Below the pieces are notes generated by a model. It saw nothing but the letters and a program-made list of their open reading frames with translations. It was not told the origin of the DNA and did no database searches. The translations under genes were made by a program, and so were the position numbers. Shown one piece after another: positions 1 through 9,041 of a stretch of 64,000 nt of DNA. The DNA is from a virus, in IMG/VR virus record IMGVR_UViG_3300024294_000597. One strand, given 5' to 3'. Position 1 is the first letter of the stretch. Each line of letters opens with the position of its first letter.

Positions 1-46
1 CATACGGATTAACAGTCCGTTGTTCTACCAACTGAACTATTCGGGA
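1..46 (-). tRNA. tRNA-Asn(GTT), 5' part only (truncated by window edge)
   Basis: Reverse complement TCCCGAATAGTTCAGTTGGTAGAACAACGGACTGTTAATCCGT: D arm and anticodon arm with GTT. Confidence 0.9.
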
Positions 47-84
47 ACAATGCTCCCCAATATTGGAGAGCATATTATGTATAT

Positions 85-1575
85 TTATTTAACTGTTGGT
101 CTTAGCTTAGTCAATGCAATAAAGATTAAGCTAGATACAATTAAACCAGGAACTATCGGCTCAACAAAGTTGTATACACCCATATCATAAGTGATACCAG
201 TGAATAGCTTTGATTCTTTGAAGTGTACGAATAGTACCCAAATGATACTCACCGAAGCACCACCGATAAAACTAGTAAGAGCATGACGACCATTAGATAG
301 TCCTCTTGCCATACCAATAACGAGTGGAAGCATCGCCGCTCCTATAATACCAAAGTACAACGCAGTAGCACGTGCAATGATGGCCACTTGACCATTAAAT
401 GCAATAGTCATCCAGACTGCTAATACAATAACTGCAATCATAGAAATATATGCTACTTTCAAACTTGGGTTTTTAGTTTTGATAATATCATTTGAAATAG
501 TAGTTGATAACAAGTGCATCAAACTATTAAGTGTTGTAAATGCGGCCGCTAAAATTGTAACGAACAACGCACTACTTACCCAAGCAGGAAATCCTTCCTT
601 AATCCAATAAGGGATTACATTTGCAGTCCCTCCACCAGATGCTTGTGATACAGTGATACCTTCAGTCGCAAACGTATATGAGTTAGCCGAAATTGCCGCT
701 AACATAAATGTTACGATTGCTAGACCTGGGATAATAACACCCCACCTTGCAATAGTTTTAAAACTCTTTTCATCTTTAGCCATCATCCAACGTGTTTGTA
801 GTTGAGGCAAAGTGATAAGTCCTACTGGAATAGTGAATACCAATAATGTAGTAATCATTAACCAGCCTCTAGACCAAAACTCTGGCCAGCTAGTAAACCC
901 AGTAAATCCTAACTTATGCAAAGCATCACCTTCTGGAACTGCTGTCCAGGCTAGTGATAAGTTTTCCCAAAATCCAACTGCCTGCATATGACTAAACACT
1001 GTAATAGCAAGTACGATAAGTGAACCTAAAATAACAATGATACCTTGTACCATATCATTTTTTAGAACTGCACTCATTCCGCCATATGCGATTGTGCCAA
1101 ATACTAAAACACTAAATCCAACTACAGCAAGTGTGAAATCAACACCTGTAAATGCTGTAATAAATTTACCGACACCTATTAGCACCGCAACACAGTAAAA
1201 CGGAATTAATCCAACTGTGATGATTGCCAATAGTTTTGAAATCATTGGAGAGTTATAATGCTTACCAATCATTTCAATATAGGTTTTAGCTTTATGCTTT
1301 TTGTTTGCCTTATAAACTTTAGGACCGATATACACGGTCGCAAAATAAATTAAGCCTACAAATGGAATTGTCATTGTTAGTGGGACTGCAAATCCAATCC
1401 AACCAGCAAGGCCTCCGAATCCAATGATAGCAGACGTTGAAATTAACGTTGCACCATAAGACAGCCCTAGGTTCATATTACTATCTGATGTAGTTAGAAA
1501 GTAATTATCCCCTTTAGACCTGTAGGCTACATAACCTACTGCTACAATAAAAAGTAGCATTAATATTGTGTTCAT
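85..1575 (-). CDS. Sodium:solute symporter (SSS/PutP-like) family transporter
   Basis: 496 aa with about 13 hydrophobic segments; YGGMSAVLKNDMVQG and ILAAAFTT motifs typical of SSF; RBS AGGAGG. Confidence 0.85.
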   Translation of the reverse strand: MNTILMLLFIVAVGYVAYRSKGDNYFLTTSDSNMNLGLSYGATLISTSAIIGFGGLAGWIGFAVPLTMTIPFVGLIYFATVYIGPKVYKANKKHKAKTYIEMIGKHYNSPMISKLLAIITVGLIPFYCVAVLIGVGKFITAFTGVDFTLAVVGFSVLVFGTIAYGGMSAVLKNDMVQGIIVILGSLIVLAITVFSHMQAVGFWENLSLAWTAVPEGDALHKLGFTGFTSWPEFWSRGWLMITTLLVFTIPVGLITLPQLQTRWMMAKDEKSFKTIARWGVIIPGLAIVTFMLAAISANSYTFATEGITVSQASGGGTANVIPYWIKEGFPAWVSSALFVTILAAAFTTLNSLMHLLSTTISNDIIKTKNPSLKVAYISMIAVIVLAVWMTIAFNGQVAIIARATALYFGIIGAAMLPLVIGMARGLSNGRHALTSFIGGASVSIIWVLFVHFKESKLFTGITYDMGVYNFVEPIVPGLIVSSLIFIALTKLRPTVK

Positions 1576-1611
1576 AAATTGTCCTCCTAGACATTTATTG
1601 TCTTATTTTTC

Positions 1612-1702
1612 TGGCGGAGAGTGAGAGATTCGAACTCTCGGTGGACTATTCACCCACGCTGGTTTTCAAGACCAGTGCATTAAACCGCTCTGCCAACTCT
1701 CC
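1612..1702 (-). tRNA. tRNA-Ser(TGA)
   Basis: GGAGAGTTGGCAGAGCGG...CTGGTCTTGAAAACCAG, long variable arm, GTTCGAATC, encoded CCA. Confidence 0.95.
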
Positions 1703-1767
1703 AGAACAACCGCATTTATTGTACGGTTAATCCCTATTATACACTGAAAATTATACAGTGTCAATAC

Positions 1768-1950
1768 TTATTTCGTAATAGTTTTGTTATCGATTGGAAT
1801 GCAACTTATCGTTTGTCCTTTACCTGTAACTAGTATATGTGCTTTGCTGAGAGCATTACCGCACAGTTTTTCTTCACTGTAAGTACCTAAATGATAATAT
1901 TCCATATTACCTGCTGGTGTAACTGCTAACCATATTAGAATCCATATCAT
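1768..1950 (-). CDS. Small hypothetical protein with hydrophobic N-terminus and two Cys
   Basis: 60 aa ORF with AGGAGA RBS, between tRNAs. Confidence 0.6.
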   Translation of the reverse strand: MIWILIWLAVTPAGNMEYYHLGTYSEEKLCGNALSKAHILVTGKGQTISCIPIDNKTITK

Positions 1951-1989
1951 AACACTGTCTCCTCTATGCTATGGGATAATCTATAGAAT

Positions 1990-2064
1990 TGGAGCGGGTG
2001 ATGAGATTCGAACTCACGACAACCTCGTTGGCAACGAGGTACTCTACCACTGAGTTACACCCGC
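1990..2064 (-). tRNA. tRNA-Gly(GCC)
   Basis: GCGGGTGTAACTCAGTGGTAGAGTACCTCGTTGCCAACGAGG...TCCA cloverleaf. Confidence 0.95.
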
Positions 2065-2072
2065 CTTTTCTA

Positions 2073-2125
2073 TTGACTTCTAGTTATTTATCAAGTATAA
2101 TACACGTATATAAATAGATTGTCAA
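2073..2125. promoter_or_regulatory. Overlapping opposed sigma70 promoters plus a TATAAATA late motif
   Basis: Plus strand: TTGACT(2073)-17 nt-TATAAT(2096) toward the 2127 operon. Minus strand: TTGACA(2120-2125)-17 nt-TATTAT toward tRNA-Gly. TATAAATA at 2109-2116. Confidence 0.7.
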
Positions 2126-2126
2126 G

Positions 2127-2666
2127 ATGATTATTACAGAAGAACTAAAAGTAATAACACCTGAACTGAAAGATTTTCTAAAAGTATGCGATGAAAAAGA
2201 TTTCATGAACAACAATACATTAGAAAATATGAAGTTTGAATGGTGCTTAGAGCGAGGTGGCATGTGGTATGCTACCTATGACAATGGACGTATGGTTAGT
2301 GTCAGTGGAATACATCCATGGGCAAACGGTTGGCGTGCTTTATTCAGAGGTGTGCAGACTGAAAGCAAAAAGATAGGTTTGAACAGACACCATATGCAAA
2401 GCTATTGCTTTCATAGTCAGTTGCCATATCAGATTGAATATGCGTCAAGTAAAGAAACAGATTTAGATAATATGTTTATCTATATTACTACTAACACAGA
2501 GAATGATGCAAGTGGTAAGATGAATAGAATTGATAAAACATTCTTTCATTTAGAAAAGTTAGAGTTAGTTAAGAACTTAGGAACAAGTGAAGTTTTTGGT
2601 GTAAATCAAAACACGTGGATATTAAACATAAACAAATACAATGAAATTAGAAGACAGTATAACTAA
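2127..2666 (+). CDS. GNAT-like acyltransferase (putative)
   Basis: WYATYDNGRMVSVSGIH...WRALFRG pattern resembles GNAT strands b2-b4; first gene of operon. Confidence 0.5.
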   Translation: MIITEELKVITPELKDFLKVCDEKDFMNNNTLENMKFEWCLERGGMWYATYDNGRMVSVSGIHPWANGWRALFRGVQTESKKIGLNRHHMQSYCFHSQLPYQIEYASSKETDLDNMFIYITTNTENDASGKMNRIDKTFFHLEKLELVKNLGTSEVFGVNQNTWILNINKYNEIRRQYN

Positions 2667-3339
2667 AAACGAATTTGATGATATGCTTAAAGAAGGCTGT
2701 ATACTGCAAAGTAGCGGAACAACAGGCGTACCAAAGAATATATTTCAAAATCCTGATAAATTAAGACATGCAAATGCTGTTGCTAGAAAAATACAAGGTA
2801 TTGATAGTGATAGTAAAATACTTACTGTTTGTACATTACGGCATGCAGGTGGGCTATTAGCCCAAACATTGCCAGGATATGAAGTAGGGGCAGAAATCGA
2901 GGTAGAGAAATTTAACCCGTTCTCATGGGTCAGAAAGATACAAAACTTTTCTCATAGTCACCTGACGCCTGATATGGCAAGAGCAATAATGAAAACAAAA
3001 AGTTTTAATAGTCTTAATTTACAAGATAAGATTATCATGTGTGGCAGTGATAGAGTACATAGTTCTATTATAAAAGAATTTATTAACAAGGGAGCAATCT
3101 TTATTGTAAATTGGGGTATGACAGAAGTAGGACCAGTAGCAATTAACAAGACGTTTGTTCCTGGAATGGAAGTTCGTACTACTGAAACAATAATGGGCAA
3201 CGCCGCACAATGTGAAACTAAGATTGTAAATGATGAATTATATGTCAAGGGAGATATATGTGTATATGATGATTGGTTTGCTACTGGAGATTTAGTACAA
3301 AACAAGGAAGGTATGTTCTACTATGTTGGACGAAAGTAG
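2641..3339 (+). CDS. Minimal ANL-superfamily adenylation (AMP-binding) enzyme
   Basis: QSSGTTGVPK (A3), WGMTE (A5), FATGDL (A7), VGRK (A8); ends at the hinge, so the C-terminal subdomain is missing. Confidence 0.8.
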   Translation: MKLEDSITKNEFDDMLKEGCILQSSGTTGVPKNIFQNPDKLRHANAVARKIQGIDSDSKILTVCTLRHAGGLLAQTLPGYEVGAEIEVEKFNPFSWVRKIQNFSHSHLTPDMARAIMKTKSFNSLNLQDKIIMCGSDRVHSSIIKEFINKGAIFIVNWGMTEVGPVAINKTFVPGMEVRTTETIMGNAAQCETKIVNDELYVKGDICVYDDWFATGDLVQNKEGMFYYVGRK

Positions 3340-4090
3340 AATTATATTCATATCATTTGAACAGGGATGTGGTGGACATAAATTAGGGAGAGTATTGTCT
3401 TGCTTACCTGATGTATATTGGTATAGTCATAAAGATAACGGTACTAACCCATGGAATGTTTATTTTAAAAATTCAGATATACGACAACGGCATATAAGTC
3501 GCTATCATTTTGATAGACTAGTACCTAATGGTTCCTTGCCGCCAATACATGATTATGTAAAAGATTTTATACCAGATGAGGAACATTACTATACTAGGTT
3601 CTTTTACCCACGCTTCGAAAAGATGGGTGGCCATGCGATAATCAAAAAGAATAGAATTATTATATGCACACACGAATTGCCAGAGAAATTACTAAAAAGA
3701 TTTCCTAATGCAAAAGTATTAAATTTGATAGATGATGAATATACAACAGGCGAACGATACTTGCGAACAACTGCGGTGTTTCCTGGATTTCTTAAAATGA
3801 AATGGCTAGGTGGAGAAAATACAGAATATGGGAAAAAGCTAAGAACAATCGCCAAAGAGATAGGCTCTGATTTCACAATACGAGATATTTGGTCTTGGGA
3901 TAAATATAAATTGAAGTTCAATGATAAACATCACATTGAGTACTCTATGCATATACACGACATTATAAGAATGAATATGTGGAAAAGACGTTATCTACCC
4001 TCACGTTATATAAATTCATCAAACATATATGAAATAGATAAAAACTATGTAAACTATAAAGGTATAAAAAGGTTCTTGAATGATAGATGA
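3323..4090 (+). CDS. P-loop/sulfotransferase-like protein (divergent)
   Basis: N-terminal IIFISFEQGCGGHKL loop; IICTH...FPNAKVL segment as in the sulfotransferase fold. Confidence 0.45.
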   Translation: MLDESRIIFISFEQGCGGHKLGRVLSCLPDVYWYSHKDNGTNPWNVYFKNSDIRQRHISRYHFDRLVPNGSLPPIHDYVKDFIPDEEHYYTRFFYPRFEKMGGHAIIKKNRIIICTHELPEKLLKRFPNAKVLNLIDDEYTTGERYLRTTAVFPGFLKMKWLGGENTEYGKKLRTIAKEIGSDFTIRDIWSWDKYKLKFNDKHHIEYSMHIHDIIRMNMWKRRYLPSRYINSSNIYEIDKNYVNYKGIKRFLNDR

Positions 4091-4793
4091 AAGTAAACTT
4101 ATATTTTTTACAGGTGCTCCTGGAAGTAAATGGAGTGCAGTAAGTAATGTGTTGTCTATGACAAAAAAGATTAACATCAATACTACTGATAGAAATGAAG
4201 ATAGAGAATATACACATCCAACTAAATTTAATAAAGCACAACATCTAGGAAGTTACTTTGGCACGGGCATGGAGTTCGGTGAAGGTTGGCATGAGATTAA
4301 TAAGTTCTCAAAACAAGAAATATTAAATGAAATAGATAAAGCCTGGAAAGAAGAAAAAAGAACTGATTACAGAATTGTAAAATCACATATGATATCAAAC
4401 AACTTAGATTTTATTGCAGAGACATTTCCTAAGAGTAAGATTATAATAGTGTTCAGACCTATAGAAAGTTGTTATAAAGGTTGGTTTGGTGCAGGTGGGT
4501 TTGATATAACTTATCCAAAGTATCATGGTTACTATAAAGATGAACAAACTGCACGTGAATATATAAAAGAAGAAACTAAAGATGCAAGACAATGGATATT
4601 TAATAGAAACTTAACAATTCATACTGCAACCAGTAAGCATTGGAAAGATTATTGGGATATAACTGATAGTCAAAATAGATTTATAAAAAGTATAGAGGGT
4701 TATTTCTTTGAAAAGAAAGATCCTAGTAGAGATGTTTCGTTAGACACTCATATTGCTTATTATAATTTTGATAAAATAGATGAAAGATTATAA
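4080..4793 (+). CDS. P-loop/sulfotransferase-like protein (GAPGSKWS type)
   Basis: IFFTGAPGSKWS; IVKSH; FPKSKIIIVFRP mirrors the sulfotransferase KxH and 3'-PB motifs. Confidence 0.55.
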   Translation: MIDESKLIFFTGAPGSKWSAVSNVLSMTKKININTTDRNEDREYTHPTKFNKAQHLGSYFGTGMEFGEGWHEINKFSKQEILNEIDKAWKEEKRTDYRIVKSHMISNNLDFIAETFPKSKIIIVFRPIESCYKGWFGAGGFDITYPKYHGYYKDEQTAREYIKEETKDARQWIFNRNLTIHTATSKHWKDYWDITDSQNRFIKSIEGYFFEKKDPSRDVSLDTHIAYYNFDKIDERL

Positions 4794-5881
4794 TGTTATT
4801 AAAATATGCAATCGTTGTACTTAGAAGTGGCGATGACCATTTTGATAAGATTGCTCTAAATTATACACAATTAAGTTTAGACTATCAAGAATGCAATAGA
4901 TTACCAACAGAAAACCAAGTTGATTATTATGTAATGGACAGTTACACATACTTGCATGATTACGATATTGTTATGGTTGTCAATGCTGGAACTATATTCT
5001 TATGGGGTGCATACGAACATCATTATAAAAAAATGATTGAAGCATCAAATCATGAATATATACATTTTAGTGATGACGTTTGGTTTCATAAGCCATTGGG
5101 CGACGGCACAACCCACATAGAAGCAAAGTTTATTCATAAGTTAAACACAGATAGTGCAGAAGAATTCTACAATAGCCATGATACTATTTTAACAAGTTTA
5201 ATTGATGATAGCAATATTACATATCTAATGCACAATGAAATACCAAACTACGGAGATATAACTAAACCAGTTGATTGGGCAATAACAGTAAGCAGTGGAT
5301 TTTTCATTAACTGTATATTAGACCATCATGGGTTTAATGAGAAGTCTGTAATACATCATGTCGATATCTCAAAGATAAGTCTTCATGTTCACAAGTATAC
5401 TATTGAAAATTGGGATGGAAATGATTTTGAATCATGGATAGAACATCTTAACAATAAATTTCCTAGCATGTCACTTTGGAATAGAAAGAAATTTACTAGT
5501 GAAGATAGAAAATGGAAAGTCGTATGGGAAGATGTACAGAATCATTTCGGAGACAAATGGCAAGAACACTGGAACAAATATAAAAGTTTAAATCATAAGT
5601 GGCATAGAATGAATATAAAAGATATTAGTTCTATTGATACTAATGGGCAAGGAATGATATGGTGGGACGGTGCATTAAAAAGAATACCAAGTAACCTACT
5701 AAAGACAAGTAAACAAAGTCATCAAAATGCAATAGATTTCTTATGGAGATTACCAGAAGATACGATATGCTATGGCAACGACCATTGCAATTTGCAATTT
5801 GATGGTGTAAGTTCTAAACTAGCACTTAAAAAAGTTCTATCACACAATAGCAGAGAGAAATTATGGACGGACAAGATTTAA
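4793..5881 (+). CDS. Hypothetical protein, possible transferase domains
   Basis: 362 aa, translationally coupled; SSGF...HHVDIS resembles a degenerate Rossmann/SAM motif. Confidence 0.4.
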   Translation: MLLKYAIVVLRSGDDHFDKIALNYTQLSLDYQECNRLPTENQVDYYVMDSYTYLHDYDIVMVVNAGTIFLWGAYEHHYKKMIEASNHEYIHFSDDVWFHKPLGDGTTHIEAKFIHKLNTDSAEEFYNSHDTILTSLIDDSNITYLMHNEIPNYGDITKPVDWAITVSSGFFINCILDHHGFNEKSVIHHVDISKISLHVHKYTIENWDGNDFESWIEHLNNKFPSMSLWNRKKFTSEDRKWKVVWEDVQNHFGDKWQEHWNKYKSLNHKWHRMNIKDISSIDTNGQGMIWWDGALKRIPSNLLKTSKQSHQNAIDFLWRLPEDTICYGNDHCNLQFDGVSSKLALKKVLSHNSREKLWTDKI

Positions 5882-6564
5882 TATTGGCAACAGGTGCTCC
5901 TGGGAGTAGATGGAGTGGCACCTTACGTGCTATTAGTACTAATCCAAATATCAATATTAGTGACGAAAGAAGTGAACTAGAATACGCCAGAGACTATGTT
6001 ACGCCTGATGGTAAAACAAAACAGTATGGTTGGCATCGAGGTGCTTATTGGGGTCCATATCATAATCAAGGTCAAAGATTTGATAATCTACAAGATATGA
6101 CAAAAGATGAAATCATAAAAGAATTCAAAAAGCCATATAAAGATTTTAACTATGGTGTTAAGATAATAAAAAGTCATTGGTTTGCATATCATCTTCCTTT
6201 ACTACAAGACTTATTTCCAAAAGCAAAGATTATGGCTGTATATATGCCATCTGATTTTTGTTTTGATTGGTGGAGAAATAAAGTAGGTGGTTGGGATATA
6301 TCATATCCACATTATGATTGGTATGAGAATGATGCACGTATGATTAAACAGATTAACATAGAAAATACAAATATAGAAAACTTCTTTGATTTACAACAAC
6401 TATCAATATATGAAGTGTTTGAAAAACTTGGTCTACCATCTGAATTTAGAAGTGAAGAAGAATTAATTTCACAAGATTCTAAATTGAAAGATTTAACTAA
6501 GAATAAAGATTATAAAAAAGTTTTAGATAACACAGTACATCGTAGTTTTACTGGTATAAAATAA
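5863..6564 (+). CDS. P-loop/sulfotransferase-like protein, paralog of 4080..4793
   Basis: ILATGAPGSRWS; IIKSH; FPKAKI; GGWDISYPHY matches GGFDITYPKY in the paralog. Confidence 0.55.
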   Translation: MDGQDLILATGAPGSRWSGTLRAISTNPNINISDERSELEYARDYVTPDGKTKQYGWHRGAYWGPYHNQGQRFDNLQDMTKDEIIKEFKKPYKDFNYGVKIIKSHWFAYHLPLLQDLFPKAKIMAVYMPSDFCFDWWRNKVGGWDISYPHYDWYENDARMIKQINIENTNIENFFDLQQLSIYEVFEKLGLPSEFRSEEELISQDSKLKDLTKNKDYKKVLDNTVHRSFTGIK

Positions 6565-7151
6565 TGAAAGATGTACCTAACTCTGGAACATATGTAATGA
6601 TGTTGAGTGGCGGACTTGATAGTGCGTTACTCTCTTATCTAGTTCTAAAAGAGTTACCAAATACAAAGCTGGTCTTAAGTAGTGTATGTCATCAATCTTT
6701 AAATTACTATAATCTATTTAATGTAATAGCAATTACAAATTGGTTACATGCTAGATTTCCAAACAGAATTGAAGAACATTATATTGGTTACTATAAAGAT
6801 AGAAATGAAGCACGAAACAATAGAACCAAAACTAGAGATAGACTTATTGATAAACATAAAGCATCAGGTATATTAACTGGTATGACACTAAATCCCTCTG
6901 AATTAATGACAGAAGGACGTGATGAAAGTAGAGACAAAAAGCGAGAAATTAGAGTAATCTCATCACATGGGGTATATCATTATCGTCCGTTTATAAATAG
7001 TACTAAACAAACGGTAGCAGAATTATATAACGAACATAATTTACAAGACTTAGCAAATTTAACTATCAGTTGTGAAAGCGAAAGTTTGCCTAGACCATGT
7101 AAAGAATGTTGGTGGTGTAAAGAGAAGTATTGGGCTTTCGGTTACTATTAA
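6564..7151 (+). CDS. QueC-like PP-loop ATPase
   Basis: LSGGLDS PP-loop, RPF motif, C-x8-CxxCxxC Zn site. Confidence 0.75.
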   Translation: MKDVPNSGTYVMMLSGGLDSALLSYLVLKELPNTKLVLSSVCHQSLNYYNLFNVIAITNWLHARFPNRIEEHYIGYYKDRNEARNNRTKTRDRLIDKHKASGILTGMTLNPSELMTEGRDESRDKKREIRVISSHGVYHYRPFINSTKQTVAELYNEHNLQDLANLTISCESESLPRPCKECWWCKEKYWAFGYY

Positions 7152-7166
7152 TGTAAAGGACACGAA

Positions 7167-7847
7167 ATGTCATTAGGACTAGAAGAATATAATAAGTTTC
7201 ATCCAACTGTATTACAACCTCTTGATATGAAAATTGATGTAAATTTGTTTGAAGAACAAATGCATGAATACAGATACGCATTTAGACGTTGGGGTACTAA
7301 ACACACTGAATATCCAAGATATGGAGCTCCTCTCGTTAATTTAAACGGAGATATGTTCAACAATCCAGAACCTATATGTTATCCATTAAATCAATGGAAT
7401 GAAGGAAAGAAAGAAGAAGATAAAGTACGTGACCCGAAATGTACTTCACCTACTCCAATGTTGGCAGAATCATGCTTTGATCCTCTTGAACCAATTAAAC
7501 CTTTTATGTATAGAAGTGCTATATTAAAGTGGCATACTACTGGACATTTTAAACCTCATACAGATACTAAAATACCTAGTGATATTATTAGACTATGGGG
7601 AACAAATGATCCAGATAATATGATATTTCAATTTGATAAAGATAGAAAAACAGCTAGTCCAAGAGAAGTGGCAGAGGGTAATCTATCATATGATTTAGTA
7701 AGAGAAAAAGATATAGAAGCAGGTAGATTATATATAACAGATACACACGTAATACATGATGCAAGTTCTATCGGTGATAATGTATATCAATTTTTTATTT
7801 CATTAAGCACTGATAGTATGCCAACATTGAAAGAGTTACTATTATGA
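7167..7847 (+). CDS. 2OG-Fe(II) oxygenase (Asp/Asn beta-hydroxylase-like)
   Basis: RSAILKW...FKPHTD...GRLYITDTHVIH: HxD...H triad. Confidence 0.7.
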   Translation: MSLGLEEYNKFHPTVLQPLDMKIDVNLFEEQMHEYRYAFRRWGTKHTEYPRYGAPLVNLNGDMFNNPEPICYPLNQWNEGKKEEDKVRDPKCTSPTPMLAESCFDPLEPIKPFMYRSAILKWHTTGHFKPHTDTKIPSDIIRLWGTNDPDNMIFQFDKDRKTASPREVAEGNLSYDLVREKDIEAGRLYITDTHVIHDASSIGDNVYQFFISLSTDSMPTLKELLL

Positions 7848-8260
7848 ACTACACCAAATTAGACTTACCAAAAATACCAAAAGATTTGATACTTCCACTA
7901 GAAGAAGTATTGAAACTTGAAAATATATTTGGAGGCAAAAGTAAGAATTATACAATACATGAATGCCAACCAGAACTTAAGGAATATTTGCAAGAGTTAT
8001 TCCCTGATTGTACTAAATTTAGATATCAGACATTAACAAAGGATATACCAATACACACAGATAGAGGTAGAGAATTTGCAATTAATTATATTATACAAAC
8101 TGGTGGACAAAATGCAGAGACATGTTGGTATGAAGAATTTGTACAAGAACCTATAGATTCTGTTATAATACCCAAAGAAGAATGGCATAAATTAGCAGTA
8201 AACGTGCATCATACAGTAAGAAATATCACAGATTGGCGATTTGCTATCACTGTGTGCTAA
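7844..8260 (+). CDS. Cupin/2OG-Fe(II) oxygenase-like protein
   Basis: IPIHTD...AINY...WHKLAVNVHHTV...R. Confidence 0.65.
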   Translation: MNYTKLDLPKIPKDLILPLEEVLKLENIFGGKSKNYTIHECQPELKEYLQELFPDCTKFRYQTLTKDIPIHTDRGREFAINYIIQTGGQNAETCWYEEFVQEPIDSVIIPKEEWHKLAVNVHHTVRNITDWRFAITVC

Positions 8261-8294
8261 AATAGATAAATAGTAGTATATTAGGGAGACAACG

Positions 8295-8564
8295 ATGCCA
8301 CATATATTAAGATTTAAAAACGAAGGTACAGGCGAAGACGGTAAGCAATGCTCAGATGATGCACAGGCAATTTATGACCGTTATGTAGCCGAAAATAAAA
8401 TTATAGAAATGGATATCATTACTATGGGTTTAGCTGGTGAATACACTAAGATTGCTTTTGCAACATCAGAAGATTGTGATGCATTTAGACAAGAAATGTC
8501 TGATATCAATGAATCTGAAACAAGCGGTGATAATCGTTCAGATGTATCCAGATATGATGAATAA
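8295..8564 (+). CDS. Small acidic hypothetical protein
   Basis: 89 aa; GATAAATA late motif and AGGGAG RBS upstream. Confidence 0.7.
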   Translation: MPHILRFKNEGTGEDGKQCSDDAQAIYDRYVAENKIIEMDIITMGLAGEYTKIAFATSEDCDAFRQEMSDINESETSGDNRSDVSRYDE

Positions 8565-8575
8565 CTAAGGATTAT

Positions 8576-8746
8576 ATGAGAGACACTAAATCGCTAACCG
8601 GGTATACAACTAAGATGCTACGTGAAGCGAAACAGAAACTTCTTTCTCGTTTCCTACGAAAAGAAGTAAATATTGGAAACAATGGTACACAAGATTACAT
8701 AATAAAAAAAGGACCGAACAAAGGTTCAGTCGCAAAGAAAAAGTAA
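8576..8746 (+). CDS. Small basic protein (56 aa, MRDTKS...GTQDYIIKKGPNKG), not in ORF track
   Basis: AAGGA RBS, ATG at 8576, TAA at 8744; fills the gap between convergent genes. Confidence 0.65.
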   Translation: MRDTKSLTGYTTKMLREAKQKLLSRFLRKEVNIGNNGTQDYIIKKGPNKGSVAKKK

Positions 8747-9037
8747 TTAAAGTAAAGTTTTCAAAAAACCTATACCATCTATCATCAAATAAACGATATA
8801 CATAAAAGTAAATCCAAATGATTTACGGCTGAAAGCCGCCACCATTAATAATCCACTAGCAAGTATGAAAAAAATGTAAGCCCAAAACATTGGAGGATTT
8901 GGGCTATACCACATTAATATTATTGCGGCCATTAAGTTTAAGGTCATACCACTAACCTCTGTAGTAAATCTTACAGGGTTAGTGTTATAGTCTTCTTTGA
9001 TCCATTGCAGAACCCGTTTACGTCCTATTCTCGCCAT
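8747..9037 (-). CDS. Small membrane protein (3 TM)
   Basis: Three hydrophobic stretches. Confidence 0.6.
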   Translation of the reverse strand: MARIGRKRVLQWIKEDYNTNPVRFTTEVSGMTLNLMAAIILMWYSPNPPMFWAYIFFILASGLLMVAAFSRKSFGFTFMYIVYLMIDGIGFLKTLL

Positions 9038-9041
9038 ACAT

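Noticed and set aside
6564-7151. 7-deazaguanine DNA modification pathway
   Set aside because: No folE, queD, queE or dpdA recognisable in the window; a QueC-like gene alone is insufficient
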